Positions 1-6,852 of a stretch of 31,419 nt of DNA are shown in pieces. The notes beneath the pieces are model-generated. The model made no database searches, had not been told where the DNA came from, and worked only from the letters and a program-made list of their open reading frames with translations. The DNA comes from Planctomycetota bacterium (GTDB lineage: Bacteria; Planctomycetota; Phycisphaerae; Sedimentisphaerales; Anaerobacaceae): positions 1 through 31,419 of the forward strand of contig VRUK01000069.1 in assembly GCA_019456195.1 (NCBI GenBank), given 5' to 3'. Positions within the stretch are counted from its first letter, which is position 1. Every line of letters begins with the position of its first letter. A program made the translations under genes and the position numbers.

Positions 1-1073
1 GACGAGAACTTCGGGAAATACTGCACATCGTGTAAACCGGCCAGTCGGATAGCAAATCCAGGGCCGAACAGGATTGTTATCTGTTAGTGAATTGATCAAG
101 GATAACACAGTTGCTATTTAGAGAAAGCAACTTCACGTAGCTACATTTTAATGCATTATTGATCTTCGGTCCGGTGCAAATGCCTTCAATCCAACATTCA
201 CTACTATTAGAATCAGTATTTAGGGAATTCAAATTAATTTACTTAGCTGCATCGTACGACAGGGAGCATTGCAGCACAATTTCGGCAAGGTCTGGAGGTA
301 GTTCTGAGGTGTCGATTTTGCATTGCTTTGGGGATTTAGGTGTCAACTGCTCTTTTGAGCTTTCACAAGTGCTTGTGTTTTCAGTGGTTATATTTTTCTG
401 GTTCTGGTTTTGTAATCCACCCAGAACATCACTAAGTCTTTTTACACAAGTACTTATCACTAAACACATTAGGAGAATTTTCTGTTTGATATAAAATCAC
501 AAGGAAGCTCATAATAAGAGCGCTGTTCTTTTAAACCAGTGAATAATTCGAGTTATCATTTGGAATGAAGCGATTTGTCCAGCCAGCAATTTATTTGCAG
601 CCAATGAATGCCATCTTGTATCCTCTGGCACATTTTTTCCTTGAACATTTCTTTTTCTTGGTGTAAATTCCAAATTCACAAGCGGACTATTTATTTTTAT
701 TAAATTAATCAATATTTTGAACGTGAGAAACGCCTTTATCTATAGATATATATCAAAATTCTTAGGTGCAGGAGCATATTTTCCGCAAGTTGAATTGGCC
801 TGATGATGACACCGAAGAGTACGGAGTGCAGGAAATGCCGCTCCCAGCTCACGACTTGGTGCCTGCTCCCATTGGTATAGGTGACAACGTGTGATGTTCA
901 ATTGTTTCATTGATTCAGGAGAGTGCATGACTCAGGTAGAAATAAATAAGGCATTGACAGGTTCCTCGTTAGAATGACAAAAACCCAACTGAGAGTTCCG
1001 CTATGCTCTGCCCCCGGCGGATTAGTTGGGGTGTTATGCCGATAACACAAAAATAATAAAGGAGATATTCATA

Positions 1074-1424
1074 ATGAGTGACAGTACAGGGACACCGACA
1101 ACTGGTACGCCACCGATCAGGACAGCGTCTGCTGGGATCGCCAATACATTTGTCAATCCCCAAACCGCCATTTCGTTGCCAGTTGCATCTGGGGCAATAA
1201 CAATGACATGGCGGATTTCCGGTACTCTTTACACCCCATTGGGTCAGACTCCATGGATCCCAGTTGTTCTATCAGTGCTTGTAGGTATCGCGTTCTATAT
1301 AGCGAGCGACCCAATACACGGAAAATGGCGTGACAAGATCCCTTTTATACTCGCAGCTTTCTTCAATACTGTTACGCTGGCTGCTTCCGTGCTCGGATTT
1401 TCCGCTGCAATTACCGGTGGATGA
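1074..1424 (+). CDS. small hypothetical membrane protein (116 aa; Thr/Pro-rich N-terminus, two predicted TM helices)
   Basis: The track ORF 1026..1424 begins at a TTG. The in-frame ATG at 1074 is preceded by AAGGAG (1059-1064). There are two hydrophobic stretches (WIPVVLSVLVGIAFYIA; IPFILAAFFNTVTLAASVLGFSAAI). No family recognised. Confidence 0.5.
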   Translation: MSDSTGTPTTGTPPIRTASAGIANTFVNPQTAISLPVASGAITMTWRISGTLYTPLGQTPWIPVVLSVLVGIAFYIASDPIHGKWRDKIPFILAAFFNTVTLAASVLGFSAAITGG

Positions 1425-1697
1425 AATTTTGGAACTAACTGAGAAATGTTCACCCAGCTTAACCAATCTATGCACGCCGACCAGGCTCGGCATTGCAATC
1501 TCCCAGGGGCGTCTTCCATGGCTACAATGATTGGTGATTCAACGGCTTGCTCGGATTGCTAGCCGAGAGGGTAATCTTAAAAGTTGGTCATTGCAGGAAG
1601 ACCGGTTTTATTTTCTGTCCACCGAGATAGTAATGGAGTATCTTAAGGTAATTTAAGGATAGATGTTGGCAAAATTCTTGATATCATAGGAGGTATT

Positions 1698-3272
1698 ATG
1701 AGCGTTCACCTACCATTGTACGAACATTTGTATGTCGTCTCGGATATTCATATGGGAGGACGGCGTAACGGCCGGGATAATTTCCAAATCTTCAACCGCG
1801 GCCAACGCCTTGGAAATTTGATTGACCATATCTCAAACCAGCATGAGCAGGAGGAGGTCTGCCTGGTCTTGAACGGTGATATTATCGATTCCCTGGCCGA
1901 AGAGGAAGTCTATGGATACGTCGCCTTGGATGGCGACACGGCCCTTCGCATGATGGATCACATCTTCACTGATGCATCCTTTCTACCCGTTTGGGATGCG
2001 CTCGCCCGATTTGTCGGCATACCCAAGAAGCATCTTGTGTTTGTCGTGGGCAATCATGATATCGAACTCGGCCTGCCCATCGTCGCCTATGCTATTAAAG
2101 GGCGCCTGGCGAAGAACGAGGAGGCTCAGGCCCGGATTCATTTTGCGACTCACGGCGGAGGTTTTACCTGCCGTGTGGCCGGCGCCCGAGTGTTTTGTAC
2201 CCATGGCAATGAGCTGGACAAGTGGAACTGGGTTGATTTCACCAAGCTCGGAGAACTGGCCAACGCCATCAATGCCGGCCGCACAGTCGAGCCTTCGAAG
2301 TGGAAAGCCAATGCCGGCACCCGGCTGGTTGTCGACGTGATGAATAGAGTCAAACGCCGCTATCCAATTGTAGATATTTTAAAGCCTGAAGCGGCCGCCG
2401 TGGCCAGCGTGCTGGTGGCCCTGGACAAAGAAGCCTTCAAATATATCGATCTTGACGACGTCATTCCCATGTTGCGGGAAAATGTCAGAGGCAGGCTGGT
2501 GACCCGAAATCTGCTCAGTGCCGAGGCGACGGACTTTACCGGTGTCTCTTCGGCAGACCTGGCCGAGGAGAGCGCCCGGCATCTTCTGGGGTCGAACTTT
2601 CAGGAAGCGCTGCAGCAGCACCGTCAGGATGAAGGTCGCCTTTCGGAAGACGAACTGCTTGAGGCAGCCGAAGACGCCTTCCAAGATAAACCGAGCGCAG
2701 TGTCAACAGCCCTTATCGAAAGCGAAGAGGGAACGCTGGGGGTCTGGGACATTGTCCGCGGCTGGGTCGGACTTGTACCGAAGGCCGAAGGACTCCGCCG
2801 CGCCCTCCAGGATTGGCTGAAAGACGACCGGACCTTTGATGTGGACTACCCCGACGAAGTCTACGAGGCTATGCAGGAACGCATCGGCTCCCAGGTCGAT
2901 TTCACAATAACCGGGCACACCCATAAACCTCGGGCCCTGGCTTTAGAGCGAGGTGACGGGTACTACTATAATTGCGGCACCTGGATTCGAACGCTTCGGC
3001 TGACCAAGGAGGCGCTTGAAAAGCCAGAAGACTTCAAAAAGAGGATCTGGCCGCACCTAACCGCCGGTAATATGGCAACCCTTGACACAGCCAAAATCCC
3101 CGGTCCCGGCGGTAAGCTTGTGCCGCTTCTGTTTGACCGGACGAATGTGGTTAGAATATCCGCCCACGGCGACCAGGCCGTGGGCCAATTGCTACGAGTC
3201 ACCGACGGTGACTCCGAAGAGACGATCAAGTTAAAGCTCGAACCTGGTACCACCCCATTTAAGGTAGGCTAA
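1698..3272 (+). CDS. calcineurin-like metallophosphoesterase (MPE) with a ~235-aa insertion between motifs IV and V
   Basis: ATG at 1698 is preceded by GGAGG (1689-1693). All MPE motifs are read in the translation: I SDIHMG (D16,H18); II NGDIID (D61,D64); III GNHD (N119,H120); IV THGNE (H169); V GHTH (406-409), followed by YYNCGTW. No signal peptide and no P-loop. Confidence 0.85.
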   Translation: MSVHLPLYEHLYVVSDIHMGGRRNGRDNFQIFNRGQRLGNLIDHISNQHEQEEVCLVLNGDIIDSLAEEEVYGYVALDGDTALRMMDHIFTDASFLPVWDALARFVGIPKKHLVFVVGNHDIELGLPIVAYAIKGRLAKNEEAQARIHFATHGGGFTCRVAGARVFCTHGNELDKWNWVDFTKLGELANAINAGRTVEPSKWKANAGTRLVVDVMNRVKRRYPIVDILKPEAAAVASVLVALDKEAFKYIDLDDVIPMLRENVRGRLVTRNLLSAEATDFTGVSSADLAEESARHLLGSNFQEALQQHRQDEGRLSEDELLEAAEDAFQDKPSAVSTALIESEEGTLGVWDIVRGWVGLVPKAEGLRRALQDWLKDDRTFDVDYPDEVYEAMQERIGSQVDFTITGHTHKPRALALERGDGYYYNCGTWIRTLRLTKEALEKPEDFKKRIWPHLTAGNMATLDTAKIPGPGGKLVPLLFDRTNVVRISAHGDQAVGQLLRVTDGDSEETIKLKLEPGTTPFKVG

Positions 3273-3274
3273 TT

Positions 3275-5251
3275 ATGCTCAAATGTCACAAAGTCAATCT
3301 GGAATTTGTCCGCCCCGGGCCTCCACACAATCAGCTATTGTCACCGCTAACGCCGTATATGGCGTTGTGTGGGGGAGGCTCGCCCGTCACGTTCTATCTG
3401 GATTTTGAGCACCACCAGTTTATGCATCGATTGAAGCGGCTGCGCTATGTCACCTCTGACGGCCGCAGCGGCGTGGCGGTTCCCGATCAGATTAGGGAAG
3501 CCACGGTGGCTGAAGTAGGCATGGACGTGGCGCGGATCTTCGCGAAGGTCGGGTCGTTGCTGGCCGAGGAATGGCGGGTCATGGGCGATGCCGAAACCGG
3601 CACGCAAGCCGAGAACACCCAACTGGTCGATTTAAGACTGGTCGTTTCCGGTTCAGAACTGGCGCTGATTCCCTTTGAAATGGCCATTGCGCCGCAGGCT
3701 TATCCCGGCGAGGGACTGGAATGGGCCCTGCAGCATCACCTGCCCATCGTACCCATCCGCCAAATCCGCAGCAACTGTCCTGCTCCAGTGCCATGGGATC
3801 GCCCGCTGGAACCCAAAATCCTGTTCATATCCGCGGCCCCCCAAGGGCTGGATGTGCCTCTAGCCTCGCATGTGCATGCCTTGCGGGCCGCCCTCGATCC
3901 CTGGGTCCGCCGGCCCTTGCACCCCAAGGAAGAGTCCGATACCGCATCCAAAGGTGACAGCAAGGGGCAATCCGCCTTGACTTTTATAAAGAAGCGGCTG
4001 CGTTTACTTCCGAACGCTAGCATTGAGGACATCTATTCCATCTGCGCCCGAGAGCAGTTCACTCATGTCCACATCCTGGCCCACGGCGCTGAACTCGATG
4101 TAGGCGGGGAGAAACGTTACGGCCTGGCGCTGTGCGATCCGAATGAAGGCAATCGCATGAACGTAGTCAGCGGTAAACGCCTGGCCAAGGCTCTTTTGGC
4201 CGAAGGCGAAGACGGCACGCGGCGCTCACAGCCCCTGCTGGTCACTCTGGCCACGTGTGATTCCGGCAATCCCGGCTCGGTCCTGATTCCGGGCGGCAGC
4301 ATCGCATACGACCTTCATGCGGCGGGTATTCCATGGGTACTGGCCTCGCAGTTCCCCCTGACCAAGGTCGGATCGGTTCGCATGACTGAAGCCCTATATC
4401 AGCGGATTCTTAGGGGGGACGATCCGCGCCAAGCCCTGTTCGAGGTCCGGCGTCAACTCTATATGAACGCCGAGCGCGACCATGACTGGGCCAGTCTGGT
4501 GGCGTATGCCACGATCCCGACCGGTTTCGAGGACCAGGTCGCAACATTTTTCGAGAAGCAAGTGCGCCGGAGCATTGATGCGGCCTTAAATCAAGCCGAT
4601 CTTTCGATCGATGATGGCGAAATGGAAAATGCGTATGAGGTCGCTATCGAGAAGCTGGATACTTGGCGCAGCCGCTTGCCTGAGGGCGACGGGTACAAGG
4701 AACGAGTGCGACAGGCGGAATGTTATGGCATGTACGGTTCAACCTGGAAACGCATTGGACTGCTCCACTACAAGAACAAACAGGAATCAAGGGGAAAGGA
4801 CAACCTGCAAAAGTCGCTGGACTGGTACACCAAGGCGATGAAGCTATGGGCCATGGGTGGGGGGCATCATTGGGTGGCCACCCAGACCTTGTCTCTAAAG
4901 GCTGTACTGGATAAACACCAAGATCCCGATACATGGCGGCTTGCCCACAAGATTGCCGAGGAGGAATTGGTTAAGTCCATTGGAGCCGACCAAGCCTGGG
5001 CCCACGGTACCTTGGCGGAACTGATCTTGCTGGCGAAATACCACATTCCGGATGAGCCAATCGGCAACGCCAAGAAGAAGGTGCAAGAGCATTGTCAGGC
5101 CATCGTACGTTTGGTGGGCGAGGGTGCCTTTGCAGTTAAATCAACCCGGCGTCAGTTCAAACGTTATATCAATTACTGGCCTAATCCGGATTGGAATGTT
5201 ATTGCAAAAGCCGCAGTAGCGACGCTCTCGCCATCGGGAAGCAAAGACTAG
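3275..5251 (+). CDS. CHAT-domain (caspase-like, clan CD) protease with a C-terminal helical-repeat region
   Basis: ATG at 3275 lies 2 nt after the MPE stop (TAA 3270-3272), with AAGGTAGG just upstream. CHAT-type pattern: ELALIPFEMA, ILFISAAPQG, the catalytic His in HVHILAHG (His270, nt 4082-4084) and the catalytic Cys in LVTLATCDSG (Cys328, nt 4256-4258). The C-terminal ~240 aa is helical and TPR-like by eye. Confidence 0.85.
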   Translation: MLKCHKVNLEFVRPGPPHNQLLSPLTPYMALCGGGSPVTFYLDFEHHQFMHRLKRLRYVTSDGRSGVAVPDQIREATVAEVGMDVARIFAKVGSLLAEEWRVMGDAETGTQAENTQLVDLRLVVSGSELALIPFEMAIAPQAYPGEGLEWALQHHLPIVPIRQIRSNCPAPVPWDRPLEPKILFISAAPQGLDVPLASHVHALRAALDPWVRRPLHPKEESDTASKGDSKGQSALTFIKKRLRLLPNASIEDIYSICAREQFTHVHILAHGAELDVGGEKRYGLALCDPNEGNRMNVVSGKRLAKALLAEGEDGTRRSQPLLVTLATCDSGNPGSVLIPGGSIAYDLHAAGIPWVLASQFPLTKVGSVRMTEALYQRILRGDDPRQALFEVRRQLYMNAERDHDWASLVAYATIPTGFEDQVATFFEKQVRRSIDAALNQADLSIDDGEMENAYEVAIEKLDTWRSRLPEGDGYKERVRQAECYGMYGSTWKRIGLLHYKNKQESRGKDNLQKSLDWYTKAMKLWAMGGGHHWVATQTLSLKAVLDKHQDPDTWRLAHKIAEEELVKSIGADQAWAHGTLAELILLAKYHIPDEPIGNAKKKVQEHCQAIVRLVGEGAFAVKSTRRQFKRYINYWPNPDWNVIAKAAVATLSPSGSKD

Positions 5252-5609
5252 TCCGAGTTGCCGGCCAAAACGTGGTTGATCAATTTCAGGCGGCCGATAA
5301 AGGAATCATACGACTCTCGGTAAGGCCTGCCTCTTATTAGGACGACTGAACGAGAGCCGAGAGGTGGAGAGAAGACTCAGAGGCCAAAGGGATCATGCGT
5401 AATTATTAACGTACCTATAAGTGATTATAGCGTGACATATGCTAACATCGGATTGCAAGAGACCTCATGCTACGGACGCGTATCATGACCCTGTGTGATA
5501 GACAGAGACAAAGACGATGATACATATGCAAATCAGGTGGTTTCATCTATAAGTTTTTTGATTTCATTGTTTTTCAACCGCATTGAGGTTACCCACATCT
5601 TGCACTTTC

Positions 5610-5638
5610 TTGACATGGTCGGCATACACTAATATACT
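5610..5638 (+). promoter_or_regulatory. sigma70-like promoter candidate (TTGACA-17 nt-TATACT) upstream of the RyR-domain gene
   Basis: TTGACA at 5610-5615, a 17-nt spacer, and TATACT at 5633-5638, about 60 nt upstream of the ATG at 5700. AGGAG RBS at 5689-5693. Whether the E. coli consensus applies to this organism is unknown. Confidence 0.35.
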
Positions 5639-5699
5639 CTTTGACACGCTAACGGTTAGAAATCAGTAAAAATCGTTATACTATGATTAGGAGAGCGAA

Positions 5700-5987
5700 A
5701 TGGCCACATACAAGCCAGAACCTATCAACACATTGCAAGTAGTTCTTCCAGGGAATCTGGCGGATCTTACAGAGAAGCTCGCAAAGAATGCTCACGACAA
5801 TTGGGCGGCAATGAGGATGAAGGATGGATGGACTTGGGGCCCAGAACGCGATGATAAATTGAAGAAGCATCCGGATCTTGTGCCTTATGAAGAACTTTCA
5901 CAATCCGAGAAGCAATACGATCGCACCGCTGCAATGGAAACCCTCAAGGCTATGCTTGCAATCGGTTACAGAATTGAGCCCATATAG
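5700..5987 (+). CDS. stand-alone RyR (ryanodine-receptor repeat, Pfam RyR-type) domain protein, 95 aa
   Basis: The translation LTEKLAKNAHDNWAAMRMKDGWTWGPERDDKLKKHPDLVPYEELSQSEKQYDRTAAMETLKAMLAIGYRI follows the RyR-domain consensus (AenvHevWa...GWtyG..rd...k.hP.lvpyeeL.e.ek.y.r......l..l...Gy.i). Confidence 0.8.
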   Translation: MATYKPEPINTLQVVLPGNLADLTEKLAKNAHDNWAAMRMKDGWTWGPERDDKLKKHPDLVPYEELSQSEKQYDRTAAMETLKAMLAIGYRIEPI

Positions 5988-6246
5988 AGTTGATAATTGA
6001 AGGAGATAAAGATGTTCTAAACGGATAAAACAATAGCAAATCAATCAATATCGACAAATCAACAAAAAATATTACCCTTTTAAATCTATAGGTAACCCAT
6101 AAACAAAAAGAGGCAAATATGAGTCAACTTGCAAAAAGCTTTAACAGAGCACTTCACAAAGAACTTACAATTTATACTGCATGGTTTCCGGTGGCCAATA
6201 TAAGGTCAAGGCCGAATTGTCCCCTTGTTTTTATGGAGAAACAAGC

Positions 6247-6540
6247 ATGACCAACGAAATGATTCTTGAGGCGACTACAAAAGAGCTCAATCGGCTAAGA
6301 ACGCCCAAGCTGTGGATAACAGCGAGGGGGCTCTCCCATCTGATCCGAAGGAAGTATCCCGAGCTATGCAATCTATCTCAAGTGCGCCTCTTCGATGTTC
6401 TGTCCGAACACATGGAGTCTCCCGGACGGCCTCGAAAGATCCGAAACAGCCGCTATCCAAGTGCGAAAACCATCGAGGTACTCTGGGGGGCGATTGATGA
6501 TTGTACGTCTTCAGCAAAAGTGAGACAAAAAGTTCATTAA
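6247..6540 (+). CDS. hypothetical protein (97 aa), basic, no recognised family
   Basis: The track ORF is 6181..6540. The internal ATG at 6247 has GGAGAA 8 nt upstream. That ATG overlaps (ATGA) the stop of an unlisted 43-codon ORF at 6119..6250. Confidence 0.4.
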   Translation: MTNEMILEATTKELNRLRTPKLWITARGLSHLIRRKYPELCNLSQVRLFDVLSEHMESPGRPRKIRNSRYPSAKTIEVLWGAIDDCTSSAKVRQKVH

Positions 6541-6678
6541 GTTAGGAGACGATTTCAGTTCCTGTTTTTAGATTGTACCATTGTGTTTTTCTCTTGCAAG
6601 GATTGTTCTTGTTGTCCAACCGGCACGCCCAGACAAGCCTAGACACGCCTGACGCCCAATTCTCAACTTTTGCACAGC

Positions 6679-6704
6679 AAAAAAGCCAGCCGTAAGTGGC
6701 TGGC
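6679..6704 (-). terminator. rho-independent terminator downstream of tRNA-fMet (possibly bidirectional)
   Basis: Perfect 7-bp stem GCCAGCC (6685-6691) / GGCTGGC (6698-6704) with a 6-nt loop. On the minus strand it is followed by TTTTTT (A-run 6679-6684). On the plus strand it is followed by a weaker CTTTCT. Confidence 0.6.
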
Positions 6705-6722
6705 CTTTCTGGACTTACAGAA

Positions 6723-6796
6723 TAGCGGGGACAGGATTCGAACCTGTGACCTCCGGGTTATGGGCCCGACGAGCTACCAGACTGCTCTACCCCGCG
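6723..6796 (-). tRNA. initiator tRNA-fMet (anticodon CAT), CCA not encoded
   Basis: The reverse complement reads CGCGGGGTAGAGCAGTCTGGTAGCTCGTCGGGCCCATAACCCGGAGGTCACAGGTTCGAATCCTGTCCCCGCTA. It folds as a cloverleaf with a 1:72 mismatch (C:U), an A11:U24 pair, three consecutive G:C pairs closing the anticodon stem and a CAT anticodon. These are the hallmarks of a bacterial initiator tRNA, and the sequence is very close to E. coli tRNA-fMet. Confidence 0.92.
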
Positions 6797-6808
6797 ATCA
6801 TAAACATA

Positions 6809-6836
6809 TATATACTATAAAAATGATATTGTTCAA
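6809..6836 (-). promoter_or_regulatory. candidate promoter for tRNA-fMet (TTGAAC-16 nt-TATATA on the minus strand)
   Basis: The reverse complement of 6831-6836 is TTGAAC and 6809-6814 is TATATA. The -10 element ends 12 nt before tRNA position 1. The context is AT-rich, so chance matches are likely. Confidence 0.3.
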
Positions 6837-6852
6837 GAAGAACAAATATAAT

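Noticed and set aside
1-87. Frame 1 is open from the window edge to a TAG at 85-87 (DENFGKYCTSCKPASRIANPGPNRIVIC*), which could be the 3' end of a truncated upstream gene.
   Set aside because: Only 28 codons are visible and there is no recognisable motif, so it cannot be distinguished from a chance open frame.
2983-2992. The 10-mer GGATTCGAAC inside the MPE gene matches the T-arm of the tRNA-fMet (6735-6744 region), so it could be an att-type direct repeat marking an island boundary.
   Set aside because: It is only 10 nt, sits inside an intact coding frame (W-I-R-T), does not extend to the tRNA 3' acceptor end, and has no integrase nearby. It is most likely chance.
1972-5092. Alternative-frame and antisense ORFs lie inside the MPE and CHAT genes (for example 1972-2340, 2379-2684, 2966-3253, 3736-4032, 4644-4934).
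   Set aside because: GC-rich DNA produces long stop-free frames. Their translations are Arg/Pro/Ser/Ala-rich and motif-free, whereas the annotated frames carry complete catalytic motif sets.
5314-5363. Alternative pairings occur downstream of the CHAT gene: CTCTCGG (5314-5320) can pair with CGAGAG (5351-5356) or with CCGAGAG (5357-5363), followed by a purine-rich run. This could be a terminator, attenuator or ncRNA.
   Set aside because: There is no U-tract, the loops are long, and I cannot evaluate the folding energy or conservation by eye.
6626-6655. Three imperfect tandem ~10-nt units (CGCCCAGACA / AGCCTAGACA / CGCCTGACG) form a GC-rich patch between the last island ORF and the terminator.
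   Set aside because: The repeat is very short and degenerate and has no partner elsewhere in the window. It is insufficient to call iterons or an att site.
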